A stretch of 62,988 nt of DNA, the filler included. It is 3 parts of 3 records of this genome, joined end to end, with 100 filler letters (N's around TTAATTAATTAA, not from the genome) between each part and the next. Parts side by side here need not be neighbours in the genome. Positions count along the whole stretch, not along the records: positions 26,906 to 56,935 come from SRR22947727_5750; 2 more parts are not named here. One strand, given 5' to 3'. Positions 41,610 through 51,696 of this stretch are shown piece by piece (within the stretch, counting starts at the first letter, position 1; each line of letters opens with the position of its first letter). Both the position numbers and the translations under genes were made by a program. Below the pieces are notes generated by a model, which was not told the DNA's origin, searched no databases, and was given only the letters and a program-made list of their open reading frames with translations.

Positions 41610-42587
41610 ATGTCTTTCTTTCCTGTTGAACAAGCTCCGGCGCGGCTGAATCGATCTGAACTGGCTGTGCCCGGGTCGCAAGCTCAAATGTTTGAAAAAG
41701 CGGCAAAATCTGATGTAGATGTTATCTTTCTTGACCTCGAAGATGCGGTGGCTCCGGATGAAAAAGAGCAGGCGCGTAAAAATATTATTGTGGCCTTAAA
41801 TGAGATGGATTGGGGGCATAAAACGATGTCAATCCGGATCAACGGATTAGACACGCATTACATGTATCGCGATGTGGTAGACATTGTTGAGCAAGCTGGC
41901 GAACGGTTGGATTTGATTATGATTCCAAAAGTTGGAACGGCTGCAGATGTCTATGCGGTTGATATGATGGTCACGCAGATTGAAGATGCGAAAGGCTATA
42001 AAAAACGCATTGGGTTTGAGCATATAATCGAAACGGCTTTGGGCATGCAAAACGTATCCGAAATCGCAGCTGCCTCAAAACGCAACGAAAGCCTGCATTT
42101 TGGCGTGGCGGATTACGCCGCCTCGACGCGCGCGCGCACCACCATAATTGGGGGTGTTAATCCGGATTACTCGGTTCTTACTGACCCGGCAGAGGACGGA
42201 TCACGCTATGTGCATTGGGGTGATATGTGGCATTATGCTTTGGCGCGCATGGTGGTTGCTGCCCGCGCAAATGGCTTGCGCCCGATTGATGGTCCGTTTG
42301 GCGATTTTCAAGATCCGGACGGCTATCGGGCGGCTGCAAAACGGGCCGCTGTTTTGGGGTGCGAAGGCAAATGGGCGATCCATCCAAGTCAGATCGCATT
42401 GGCCAATGAAGTTATGAGTCCCTCTCAAGAAGAGATCACCCGCGCCAATCGGATATTGGATGCTATGGCCGAAGCTGAGGCCAGTGGAAAAGGCGCGGTT
42501 TCCCTCGATGGTCGCCTGATCGATTATGCCTCGATCCGTCAGGCGGAAGTCTTGGTTGAAAAAGCCAAACAGATAGCCGTAGGCTAA
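41610..42587 (+). CDS. mcl: L-malyl-CoA/beta-methylmalyl-CoA lyase, methylotroph MclA type
   Basis: RLNRSELAVPGS, FLDLEDAV, RINGLDTHYMYRD, IETALG, FGVADYAAS, RPIDGPFGDF, GKWAIHP. Confidence 0.93.
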   Translation: MSFFPVEQAPARLNRSELAVPGSQAQMFEKAAKSDVDVIFLDLEDAVAPDEKEQARKNIIVALNEMDWGHKTMSIRINGLDTHYMYRDVVDIVEQAGERLDLIMIPKVGTAADVYAVDMMVTQIEDAKGYKKRIGFEHIIETALGMQNVSEIAAASKRNESLHFGVADYAASTRARTTIIGGVNPDYSVLTDPAEDGSRYVHWGDMWHYALARMVVAARANGLRPIDGPFGDFQDPDGYRAAAKRAAVLGCEGKWAIHPSQIALANEVMSPSQEEITRANRILDAMAEAEASGKGAVSLDGRLIDYASIRQAEVLVEKAKQIAVG

Positions 42588-43050
42588 GGCGCAAAATCGG
42601 CATAGACGCGCAAAACCTGGCATGCAGTGCCAGCCTTGAGGCTGCGCGGCAAGAGCGGTTATTAGAGCGTTCGGATCCAGAGACGTATAGGGCGGTTGCC
42701 CTTTAGGAATTGAGGATCACAACGGCCCGCGGCGGCAGGTTTTCCGAAGGCTTTCGTGCTATAAAATCTGCGCTTAGCCCTGCGTCAAGGCCCGCTGGCG
42801 CCGATCTGACAGGGGGTGAAGGAAGAACAATACAAACCTTGTAAATGTAGGGCGCAGCGCGGCCTCAAACGTATAAACTCTTAACGCGCAAAGCTTAAAT
42901 CGCTTTATCAGACATTCGCATATCATGCTTATTTGAGCGAAGATCGGAAAAGACATGGTCAAAGAAGGCGTGAAAGCATTTGGGGTGGTTGATCATCCTT
43001 GAGAAACTTGCATTATCAGCCCGGCGTTAAATGGTGGAAGGGCGACAGCT

Positions 43051-44292
43051 ATGACAAAAATGAATTGGGATGAAAGCCACGCGCTGGATAAGCTTGCACA
43101 GCTGTCGATTAAAACAGGTGTTGCTCTGCAGCCGGGCCAAGACCTGTTGATAACCGCTCCAATGGAAGCGGCGCCATTGGTTAGACGTCTTGCGCATCAT
43201 GCCTATAAAGCAGGAGCTGGGCTTGTTACCCCCTTTTATACTGATCCGGAAATTACCCTTGCCCGATATCAACACGCAGCCCCCGATTCTTTTGACAAAA
43301 CGACAGATTGGCTCTTTGAGGGGATGGCTGCTGCTTTTGATAAAAATACCGCACGGCTTGCTGTGGTTGGTGAAGATCCAATGCTGCTTTCTGGGCAAAA
43401 TCCAGAATATGTGGGCCGGGCCAATCAAGCAATGTCGAATGCCTCATCGCCGCTTCGGGAAAGAATTACGCGCTTTGATATCAACTGGAATATTATAGCC
43501 TGGCCCGGCCTGCAGTGGGCGAAGCTTGTTTTCCCACAGATGAGTGATGCGGATGCACAAATTGCGCTGGCAGAGGCTATCTTCAATGCGTCACGGGTGA
43601 ATACATCAGATCCGAATGAAGCGTGGGCGGTGCATAACAAAAACTTGCGCGCACGCACCGAGTGGCTCAACAAAAAAAACTTTGCGGCGCTTCATTTTTA
43701 TGGGGAGGAAACGGATCTTACCGTGGGTTTGGCAGATGGTCACGAATGGATGGGAGGTGCATCCACCGCCCGAAACGGGGTGACCTGTAATCCGAATATT
43801 CCGTCAGAAGAGGTGTTTACCACCCCACATGCGTTGAAGGTAAACGGGTATGTGACCTCTACCAAACCGCTCTCGCATCAAGGCACGCTGATCGAAGATA
43901 TCGCGGTTACTTTTAAAGACGGTGTTATAACGAAAGCAAGCGCCTCGAAAGGCGAAGACGTGTTTCTGAAGCTTCTTGATACCGATGAAGGGGCGCGCCG
44001 CCTTGGCGAGGTGGCCTTGGTTCCCCATGGGTCCCCGATATCACAAAGCAAACTGCTTTTTTATAACACGCTGTTTGATGAAAATGCCGCTTGCCATATT
44101 GCTCTTGGCCAATGTTATTCAAAATGTTTCCAGCAAGGCGATAAATTATCCAATGATGAGGTTATTGACCGGGGGGGTAACAGCAGCATGATCCATGTTG
44201 ATTGGATGATCGGATCTCAATCCATGAATATTGATGGTCTTGATGGTGCGAATGACCCCACCCCTGTCTTTAGAAATGGTGAATGGGCGTAG
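43051..44292 (+). CDS. Aminopeptidase, M29 family (AmpS/AmpT/PepS)
   Basis: NIPSEEVFTTP, GARRLGEVALV, NTLFDENAACHIALG, SMIHVDWMIG. Confidence 0.95.
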   Translation: MTKMNWDESHALDKLAQLSIKTGVALQPGQDLLITAPMEAAPLVRRLAHHAYKAGAGLVTPFYTDPEITLARYQHAAPDSFDKTTDWLFEGMAAAFDKNTARLAVVGEDPMLLSGQNPEYVGRANQAMSNASSPLRERITRFDINWNIIAWPGLQWAKLVFPQMSDADAQIALAEAIFNASRVNTSDPNEAWAVHNKNLRARTEWLNKKNFAALHFYGEETDLTVGLADGHEWMGGASTARNGVTCNPNIPSEEVFTTPHALKVNGYVTSTKPLSHQGTLIEDIAVTFKDGVITKASASKGEDVFLKLLDTDEGARRLGEVALVPHGSPISQSKLLFYNTLFDENAACHIALGQCYSKCFQQGDKLSNDEVIDRGGNSSMIHVDWMIGSQSMNIDGLDGANDPTPVFRNGEWA

Positions 44293-44455
44293 AGATTAAC
44301 GTAAATTGCGATCGGATGCTCCAGAGCATAGCTGCTTTTAAACTCCACCATACAAATCGGTTTGTTTTTTTAAATTTTCGGAGCATTCATTTTATATTGC
44401 CCATAACATCTTTGTCCTAGGCTTATTGCAAAAAAAAGTGGAAAGGATCTGTACT

Positions 44456-45505
44456 TTGGACGCGCTTATACTCGAAAAAAAGGGTGAATTATCTTTGCGT
44501 GATTTTCCTGAAATTGACCACCAAGAGGCTGTTCTGGGGCCGCGGGATGTTCGCATTAAATTGCATACGGTTGGTATTTGCGGGTCAGATGTTCACTATT
44601 ATCAATATGGCCGGATTGGTCCCTTTGTCGTGAATGAGCCGATGATTTTGGGTCATGAAGCTTCGGGTACGGTGATCGAAACCGGATCGCTCGTTACGCG
44701 GTTGCAGATCGGTGACCGCGTTTGTATGGAGCCAGGTATCCCAGACCCCGACAGCAAAGCAGCCCGTCTTGGAATGTACAATGTGGATCCTGCCGTGCGC
44801 TTTTGGGCCACCCCGCCCATTCATGGTATTCTACGCCCGACCTGTGTGCACCCCGAAGCGTTTACGTTTAAGTTGCCCGATACCGTAGATTTTGCACAGG
44901 CCGCTATGGTTGAACCTTTGGCGGTGGGTGTGCACGCGGCGCGCAAAGCACAGATTGCACCTGGGGACATTGCCGTTGTCTTAGGAGCAGGTCCGATTGG
45001 ATTGGTTACGGCCTTATCTGCCCTCGCGGCAGGCTGCGCCCGCGTCTACATAAGCGATTTAGCGGACAAAAAGTTGGAAATTGCCGCAAGTTTAAGCCCT
45101 GCATTGATGCCAGTTCACGCACAATCTGAGAATATCGCGAAGATTGTGACGCGGGATACCGACGGATGGGGTGCGAATGTTGTTTTTGAGGCAACGGGAA
45201 ATGCGGCGGCAGCGGCAACCGTTTTTGAGCCACTTTGTCCGGGCGGTTGTGTGGTTATGATTGGCGGGCAACCCGATCCAATTTTATATGATACCGGAGC
45301 GGCTATGGTGCGTGAAGCACGCATCGAGAATATCTTTCGATATGCGCATGCATTTCCACGCTGCGTCGAAATGCTGGCAACGGGGGCGATTGATTTAACT
45401 CCTTTGATCACAAGAAAGTTTGGCTTTTCTGAAAGTGTCAGCGCCTTTGAAGTCGCGGCCTCTGCGCCCCCAGCAGACATCAAAATACAAATCGAAATGC
45501 CCTAA
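44456..45505 (+). CDS. Zn-dependent polyol dehydrogenase (xylitol/sorbitol dehydrogenase-like)
   Basis: [41 protein letters not shown]; structural-Zn cysteines absent; TTG 44456 after GAAAGGA. Confidence 0.88.
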   Translation: MDALILEKKGELSLRDFPEIDHQEAVLGPRDVRIKLHTVGICGSDVHYYQYGRIGPFVVNEPMILGHEASGTVIETGSLVTRLQIGDRVCMEPGIPDPDSKAARLGMYNVDPAVRFWATPPIHGILRPTCVHPEAFTFKLPDTVDFAQAAMVEPLAVGVHAARKAQIAPGDIAVVLGAGPIGLVTALSALAAGCARVYISDLADKKLEIAASLSPALMPVHAQSENIAKIVTRDTDGWGANVVFEATGNAAAAATVFEPLCPGGCVVMIGGQPDPILYDTGAAMVREARIENIFRYAHAFPRCVEMLATGAIDLTPLITRKFGFSESVSAFEVAASAPPADIKIQIEMP

Positions 45506-45820
45506 AAGATTCTTTAAGCTTTTTGAAGTGGCGCTCTTATGCTTAATTTCGGGGAAACGGTACATTGGTTCATGGGGTCTGTTTGTTTTGGCTGGTAAAT
45601 ACCATAAATATTTCAAATATTTGATTTAAATAGACTTTTTGGGGTTATCGTACCATCGGCGATAAATTTTTTATTGGAAGTCTGGGCTGGAGTGTACTTT
45701 ACTTTAGTTTTTAGAGGTGAGCTCGAGAACCATATTTAACTAGCACCTTAACAAAGCTTTTGGCGGAGTGTTACCAAGGTATAAGCGCGTTCTTTCAGGC
45801 TTTAAATGGAGGCGGTATAC

Positions 45821-45848
45821 AGCGCTGCTCTTTCACAATGGCAGCGCT
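45821..45848. terminator. Stem-loop between convergent genes (possible terminator)
   Basis: AGCGCTGC/GCAGCGCT 8-bp stem; weak T tail. Confidence 0.4.
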
Positions 45849-45878
45849 CTATTTAGCTTTGTTGCACATGGGGTTAAA

Positions 45879-46595
45879 TTATCTTGCGCGGGACAGATCT
45901 TGTTTACTGCGTTTGAGCTCGGCCTCTAGCTCTGAGGCAGAATGTTTGGATCTAGCCAAAGCGGTTTCGAGCGATGCGCCGTCGATCGCTTGAGATGCGA
46001 GCTCAAATAAGGAATAAGTCGAAACGCGTTTTGTTCCTTTCAGCGCAGCCCGGCTTATCCCGTGCGCCGCAAGATATGTGTGATAGGGAGGCAGGGTGCC
46101 CTGTCCGGTTGCCGCCTCACCTTTGTTAGCTTTTTCACAGGCTGTGACGCTTGTTGAAATATAAGATCTACAAATGACAGGGCGCGCTTCATATGTCCGG
46201 CATGCAAGGGTTTCTGGATCCAGCGATGGGCAAGCTTTTGGTGTCCAATTGCGCCCATCTGGATCATCTTGCAAAACAGAAAGCGCGTTATACATCTCGA
46301 CCGCTTCAATTTCTGTGATCGTGCCCCCATCTTCGCCCTTCAAAATGCAGCAAAATGCGCAGCCTTTCGCGCAAGCCAAACTGCTTGGGTTCAGAGCAGA
46401 TAGGCCAATTTGGCCAATGCCCTGCGCGACCGTTCCATCTGCCATTTTCTCTATGATATGTGCCATCGGGCTGCCATTTTGGGCCATCGCTTGCGTATAG
46501 GCCTCAATGCCGCGTTTGGCGCGCGCCGCAACCTCTGGCGCAGATGTGACCCGCGCTTTGCCAATACGCGCGGATAAAGGGGCTGATTTAGACAT
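45879..46595 (-). CDS. YkgJ-family cysteine-cluster protein (CxxxCxxCC)
   Basis: CAKGCAFCC...CPSL...CRTYEARPVICRSY. Confidence 0.85.
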   Translation of the reverse strand: MSKSAPLSARIGKARVTSAPEVAARAKRGIEAYTQAMAQNGSPMAHIIEKMADGTVAQGIGQIGLSALNPSSLACAKGCAFCCILKGEDGGTITEIEAVEMYNALSVLQDDPDGRNWTPKACPSLDPETLACRTYEARPVICRSYISTSVTACEKANKGEAATGQGTLPPYHTYLAAHGISRAALKGTKRVSTYSLFELASQAIDGASLETALARSKHSASELEAELKRSKQDLSRAR

Positions 46596-46756
46596 CCGAG
46601 TTGACCCATTCGTTGCTCTTATGAGCGCAGAGTTTATGCATCCTAATGAGGTTTGCTAGGGGCAGTTACAAAAAATATCAACGAGTTTTCAACTGTAAAT
46701 TTTTCCGTTGAAATTGTCTTTGCTGGCCAAAGGGGGGTCCCTCAAGCAGCGCAACG

Positions 46757-48433
46757 TTAGAAATCAAGTATATATAGCCCGCCAGTTAGAAACGCATCTT
46801 TGTCCTTTCTAAGCTGTATGGTGGAAAAATGCGACAGCGCGTAGCCAAATTGACTGCAAAGCGAGTCTATATAATATTTTGAATGCGCATAACGCCCCGA
46901 TCGTTCAAGCTGAAACAACCCTTTTTCTAGATGCTCTGTTGAAAAAGCGAGCTTGCGCGGCCGTTTTTTGCCGGCATTTATCAGCTGGAAGGTTTCGCTT
47001 AAATCACCAAGATAAATGAACACATCGGCTGCCATGACACAGTCAAAATCCAAGCTGGTTTTTGCTAAATACGCGTTAATGTCGGAAACAATCAGCCTAT
47101 CGTAGATGTTTTTTCGTTCAGCTTGCTCAATCATCGATTTTGATAGGTCAACGCCTTCGATATAAGAGGCAAAGCGTTTGATTTCACCGCCTATCAACCC
47201 GGTTCCGCATCCCAAATCTAAAACCGACCCTAAATTTTTCTGAGCGGATAAGTGCAAAAGGGCATCAACAAGACGCTTAGGGGCTGTGTAATGCAAGTTA
47301 TGGATTAAGTCCTGCTCGAAATGGGGTGCATATTCTTCAAACAAGCTTTCAACATAATCTTGGGGCGGGGTCTGCGTGGTTTGTCCCGTTAGGGCATTTA
47401 GAAGATGTTGCGCTCTATCATAGCTTGGATCAATTTTGATTAGATCTTGAAAGCAGGAAACGGCTCCGGCAAAATCATCCATATCTTTAAGAACATTGCC
47501 CATATTATAGATAGCATCCGTGTAATCTGGTTGCAGCTTAACCGCCGCCTGAAAAGTTTTCAGCGCCGCGCTTAAATCCCCCTGATCTTGCAGGCATAAA
47601 CCTAGATTATTATAGCCCTCATGAAGCATCGGGTTAACCTCAACAGCTTGTGAATAGCTGTTGATTGCCTGGTCAAGTTTCCCTTGGGTTTTGTAGATTA
47701 CGCCAAGGTTAAAATGCGCTTCGCAAAGGCCCGCCTCGATTGCGAGGCTGGATTTAAAGCAACGTTTAGCATCTTCTAGATTGCCCTCGTCTTTGAACAG
47801 ATTACCCATATTGTAAAACGCCTCAGCGAAATTTGGGTCAATTTCGATAGCTTTGCGGTAGTTGTGAAGGGCCGATTCTATTTGGCCAGCGCTTTTCAGC
47901 GCAATTCCCAAGCTGTTATGAGCGTTGGAAAATTCCGGGTTGAGCAAAATAGCAAGCTTAAAGTTGTTAATTGCAAGATTAGTTTTGTCTTGTTTTGATC
48001 TTGCATGGCCTAAATTGTAATGGTTTTCCGCAGAATAAGGATCAATAAGCTTCATTTTTTCAAAGCTGGTTTCAGCCTGGGTAAAAGCGCCAAGGCCCAT
48101 TGCGATAGCACCCATCAGGTTGTGAAGGATCGCTGCTTCTGGAAATTCGCGCAGAAGGCTTGCGCCCGCTTCAGATGCAGCGATCAAGGCTCCGTTATTG
48201 TAAAGCTTTGTTATGTGTTGAATTTGGTCTTCTGGAGGCTCTTGGGGGAAGGGGCCTTCAAAGGCGGGCCGGTTTTGAACAGATTTAAGGCCTTTGCGCG
48301 CAGCTGTGTTTTTGGGAAATCTGTTCAAGATATCTTGGTAAAGCCGCGCAGAGTAGGCAAACTCGCGTTGCTTTTCCTTTTTTTTAGCAAGTCGTATAGC
48401 CTGTGCTAGGGGCATGATCTTTAAGATGATCAT
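46757..48433 (-). CDS. TPR-repeat protein with C-terminal class I SAM methyltransferase
   Basis: Multiple AxxNLG...A...P TPR units; YVESLFEEYA, LDLGCGTG, GVDLS, AADVFIYLGDL, SGRYAHS. Confidence 0.9.
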   Translation of the reverse strand: MIILKIMPLAQAIRLAKKKEKQREFAYSARLYQDILNRFPKNTAARKGLKSVQNRPAFEGPFPQEPPEDQIQHITKLYNNGALIAASEAGASLLREFPEAAILHNLMGAIAMGLGAFTQAETSFEKMKLIDPYSAENHYNLGHARSKQDKTNLAINNFKLAILLNPEFSNAHNSLGIALKSAGQIESALHNYRKAIEIDPNFAEAFYNMGNLFKDEGNLEDAKRCFKSSLAIEAGLCEAHFNLGVIYKTQGKLDQAINSYSQAVEVNPMLHEGYNNLGLCLQDQGDLSAALKTFQAAVKLQPDYTDAIYNMGNVLKDMDDFAGAVSCFQDLIKIDPSYDRAQHLLNALTGQTTQTPPQDYVESLFEEYAPHFEQDLIHNLHYTAPKRLVDALLHLSAQKNLGSVLDLGCGTGLIGGEIKRFASYIEGVDLSKSMIEQAERKNIYDRLIVSDINAYLAKTSLDFDCVMAADVFIYLGDLSETFQLINAGKKRPRKLAFSTEHLEKGLFQLERSGRYAHSKYYIDSLCSQFGYALSHFSTIQLRKDKDAFLTGGLYILDF

Positions 48434-48559
48434 CGTAGGCGTCTTTCCAAAAGGCTGGTTCCATCTGCCTGCTGAAATAGCCCGATAGGCTCATGAGACC
48501 CGCTTGGGTGAAGCTTAAGTGGAAGGTTTGTCATTTTACACGCAGGCGCCGCTCTTTGT

Positions 48560-49612
48560 TTAAATCAACCGCCCTGAAATCAGATGGTTCAGGCCGAAAT
48601 ACGCGCCGATGAATATAGAGGATAACGCCAGCGGTGCGTTTATCGACAGCAAGGCCATCGCAGAAATACCCTGTCCAACCGAGCATCCGATCGCCAATAC
48701 CCCGCCAATACCCATCATTACAGCACCGGTGATTTGGCGCTGGAGCTCGCGCGGATCCTCACAGGCTTCTAATCGAAAATGCCCTTTCATCAAGCTGCCG
48801 GTCAATGCGCCAGCCCAGACCCCGCAGACCGATCCGATACCAAAATTTAAGGTCTGCCCGGACGAGGTCATGAAATATAAAATTGTCGAGCCCACGGGGG
48901 CGGTGAACCCATGCGAAACAGGGCGCAAACCTGAAAAACCGACCTGCGCGATAAGATGCGTGCCAATCCACCCGCTTGCAACAGAAAGGCCGACCAAGGC
49001 GCCCCAGATGACATTGCCTTTCTCTTCCCAAAAGGCTCTGTTCCAAACCGAAAATCCGAAAACACCCGCGCCCAATAGCAGGCCAATATAGCTTGCAGGC
49101 ATACCGGTTGAGCTTGAAAGAAGCGCTGAAAAGCTAGCGGTAGTAGGTTGCACGCTTAGCAGCTCGACCAGCCAGATCCGAAGAGGGGAAAGCGGCCCCC
49201 CTAGCGTTACATAAGCGCTTACCCCCATCACCAATACAATCACGAACGAGCGCAGATCTCCGCCCCCTAAGCGCGCCAAGGCTCCAAAGCCACAATTGCC
49301 AGAAAATGCCATGCCTAGCCCAAATAACAGCCCGCCGAAGACCGTAAGAAGCGGCGTGAAGGGCACCGTAAGCGGATAACTGTTAGAGGTAGAGATCAAG
49401 CCTTGTGCAAGCGCCAAATGCACCAGCAGTACCGCTATTCCAATCGCGGTTCCCCACATGCGAAGCCGATTATTGTTCTGACCATAAAGGGCATCTTCAA
49501 TTGCGCCTAAGGTGCAAAACCGCGCTATCCGTGCGGCCAAGCCCAATAGAATACCTCCTGCGAGGCCAATCAAGGTTCCCATAAGTGCTTCAGGAATGCT
49601 GTGCAGAATCAT
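48560..49612 (-). CDS. soxT: YeeE/YedE sulfur transport protein (SoxT-like)
   Basis: RFCTLGA, FGLGM..GNCG, GCSVGQG; multi-TM; downstream of soxR. Confidence 0.85.
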   Translation of the reverse strand: MILHSIPEALMGTLIGLAGGILLGLAARIARFCTLGAIEDALYGQNNNRLRMWGTAIGIAVLLVHLALAQGLISTSNSYPLTVPFTPLLTVFGGLLFGLGMAFSGNCGFGALARLGGGDLRSFVIVLVMGVSAYVTLGGPLSPLRIWLVELLSVQPTTASFSALLSSSTGMPASYIGLLLGAGVFGFSVWNRAFWEEKGNVIWGALVGLSVASGWIGTHLIAQVGFSGLRPVSHGFTAPVGSTILYFMTSSGQTLNFGIGSVCGVWAGALTGSLMKGHFRLEACEDPRELQRQITGAVMMGIGGVLAIGCSVGQGISAMALLSINAPLALSSIFIGAYFGLNHLISGRLI

Positions 49613-49685
49613 GCTAAACTTTCCTTGGCTGTTGGCTTTGATGCACGCTGAGCAGACTGTTTTATTGCGGCGCAGTCAAGTTTTG

Positions 49686-50015
49686 TTATTTGCAGAAAAT
49701 ATCATAGACAACGTCTAAAATCCGCGTTGCGCGCTTATCAGCCAGCCGGTAATAGATTACTTTGCCGTCGCGCCGCGGATGCACCAACCCTTCAAGCCGC
49801 AGACGCGAAAGCTGCTGTGAAACCGCCGCTTGGCGCGACGCCAAAAGCGATTCAAGTTCGGTAACAGATTTTTCCCCCGATGCCAGATGGCATAAAATCA
49901 TCAATCGCCCCTCATGGCTGATCGCTTTCAAAAAATTTGAGGCGGTGAGCGCGTTGTCCATCATATCGTCAAGTTCGGTTTGCGATACGTTTTCCGAAAT
50001 TATGGGGAGGGCCAT
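49686..50015 (-). CDS. soxR: ArsR/SmtB-family sulfur oxidation repressor SoxR
   Basis: FLKAISHEGRLMILCHL, VSQQLSRLR, terminal FC; two sensing Cys of the BigR/SqrR/SoxR type; sox context. Confidence 0.9.
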   Translation of the reverse strand: MALPIISENVSQTELDDMMDNALTASNFLKAISHEGRLMILCHLASGEKSVTELESLLASRQAAVSQQLSRLRLEGLVHPRRDGKVIYYRLADKRATRILDVVYDIFCK

Positions 50016-50024
50016 CGAATTTCC

Positions 50025-50516
50025 TTAAAAAGCGATTTCATCTTCAACTGCGCTGATGCCGGCGGCGGCGCAATCTTCATCCAAGGTGCCACCTGGCGCC
50101 CCGGATACACCAATTCCCGCAACAAGGCTGCCATCCCCGTCTAACACGGGAAGCCCACCACCCACAGGCATGATTTTCTCCAATTGCCGCAGACCAGAAA
50201 GCTCTTCGCCGGCTTCGGTAAGGGCTGCTATGTCGGCCGTGTTGGTTCGGAATGTTACCGCGGTCCAAGCTTTGCGGGTTGCGGTCTCTAATACATGCAG
50301 CCCGGCGAAGCGGTCTCGTAAATAGACTTGTGGAATACCAAAGCGATCGGTCACGATCACACCAATTTGATAGCCGCCCGCACGACAAGACTCCATCGCA
50401 GCTTGCGCCATGCGCAGCGCAATTTCTGGTTTTAACGCCCTAAATTCGACGAATGCGCTGTCTTCGGCAGAGGCGAATCCCGCCCAGCACATACAAATAA
50501 ACGCTAGTTTTTTCAT
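50025..50516 (-). CDS. GlcG/HbpS (DUF336) heme-binding-family protein with signal peptide
   Basis: V.VTDRFG, RKAWTA, GGGLP, GIGVSGAPGG..DEDCA; N-terminal MKK...ASA signal. Confidence 0.88.
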   Translation of the reverse strand: MKKLAFICMCWAGFASAEDSAFVEFRALKPEIALRMAQAAMESCRAGGYQIGVIVTDRFGIPQVYLRDRFAGLHVLETATRKAWTAVTFRTNTADIAALTEAGEELSGLRQLEKIMPVGGGLPVLDGDGSLVAGIGVSGAPGGTLDEDCAAAGISAVEDEIAF

Positions 50517-50878
50517 GGGTGATTCTCCTTGAATGGGGTGTGAGCTGCCAGAACATCCTCTAATAAGGGCCAGAAGAAATCTTCGCCTGGATAGCCTTCT
50601 ATACGTGCTAATTCTACATCGTTGTGGATTAGAATAAATGTTGGGGTAAACATTACGCCGCGGTTAAAACGGATCTCATTGGGCAGCGCATCGATATCCA
50701 CCCGGCGCAACGGGGCGTATTGTCCGGCGCTGGTTTTGGGGTAAATCGCAGATATTTCTTGATCCCAGCGCTCGCACCAATAACAGCCTTTTTCTTCCAC
50801 CATAAGCAATTCAGAGGCTGAAACCTGCATTGAAGTCAGCGCAATACTAACGCCAGCGATGAAAGTTTGAATGTTCAT
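50513..50878 (-). CDS. soxS: Periplasmic thioredoxin SoxS
   Basis: ELLMVEEKGCYWCERW, YPKT, FTPTF, RIEGYPGEDFFW. Confidence 0.9.
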   Translation of the reverse strand: MNIQTFIAGVSIALTSMQVSASELLMVEEKGCYWCERWDQEISAIYPKTSAGQYAPLRRVDIDALPNEIRFNRGVMFTPTFILIHNDVELARIEGYPGEDFFWPLLEDVLAAHTPFKENHP

Positions 50879-50902
50879 TTTTAACCATTGACGTTTCAAT
50901 AT

Positions 50903-50924
50903 CATATTTCATAATATGAATGTG
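50903..50924. promoter_or_regulatory. Putative SoxR operator in soxS-soxV divergent promoter
   Basis: CATATTTC-ATAATA-TGAATGTG, a degenerate ATTCA-N6-TGAAT dyad. Confidence 0.55.
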
Positions 50925-50946
50925 TTTATTTGGCAAGGTGTGAGAT

Positions 50947-51687
50947 ATGTTCGACGTCTCTTTAATGGCAGCCTTCGGCGCGGGTTTGTTATCTTTTGCC
51001 TCTCCTTGCGTGTTGCCGATCGTTCCCTTTTATCTCAGTTACCTTGCGGGCGTTGGCTTGAATGAACTCAAAGCTATGGATGCCTTAGACCGTTCTGTTC
51101 AGCGCCGTGCGATTATTTCTGCGCTGTTTTTTTCAGCTGGCATGATCACAATTTTTGTTGGAATGGGTGCGGCGGCCAGTGGCTTTGGCGGGTTGGTGCG
51201 AGAGTGGTTCGCCCAATTGCGATGGGTGGCCGCCCTCATCATTATTGTGATGGGGCTACATTTCTTAGGCGTTTTGAAAATAGGGATTTTGTACAAACAG
51301 TTTAAGATTGAAGCGGGGGATACGCAAAAAACCTCTTTTGCCATGGCGTTTGTTTTAGGGTTGGCCTTTGCCTTTGGTTGGACGCCCTGTGTGGGGCCCA
51401 TTTTGGCTGCAATTTTATTTACGGCTGCGTCCAGCGATACGGTTGGAGCCGCCATGCAGTTGTTATTTGCCTATGGGTTGGGGATGACCAGCCCTTTTAT
51501 TATAGCAAGTCTGTTTGTAGCGCCGTTCTTGCGCTGGGCTCAAAGCTTTCGGCGCCATTTGGGGCGGATTGAAAAGATAACCGGTGCCTTATTGGTCTTA
51601 TTTGGTTTGCTGATTGCGTCTGATCGCGTGAGCGTGATCGCCAATTGGATGTTGCAGGCTAAACCGGACCTATGGAACTTTGGATAG
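50947..51687 (+). CDS. soxV: CcdA-like membrane thiol-disulfide protein SoxV
   Basis: SFASPCVLP and FGWTPCVGP. Confidence 0.92.
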   Translation: MFDVSLMAAFGAGLLSFASPCVLPIVPFYLSYLAGVGLNELKAMDALDRSVQRRAIISALFFSAGMITIFVGMGAAASGFGGLVREWFAQLRWVAALIIIVMGLHFLGVLKIGILYKQFKIEAGDTQKTSFAMAFVLGLAFAFGWTPCVGPILAAILFTAASSDTVGAAMQLLFAYGLGMTSPFIIASLFVAPFLRWAQSFRRHLGRIEKITGALLVLFGLLIASDRVSVIANWMLQAKPDLWNFG

Positions 51688-51696
51688 GAGATCGAC

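Noticed and set aside
42588..43050. GC-rich intergenic stretch after mcl as RNase P RNA, tmRNA or a riboswitch
   Set aside because: No GAGGAAAGTCC or other diagnostic cores; only a short imperfect GCGCAAAA..GGCAT repeat; more likely decayed coding sequence
47480..48060. Periodic sequence similarity as a DNA repeat or CRISPR array
   Set aside because: Explained by 34-aa TPR units; no identical repeat-spacer structure was seen anywhere in the window
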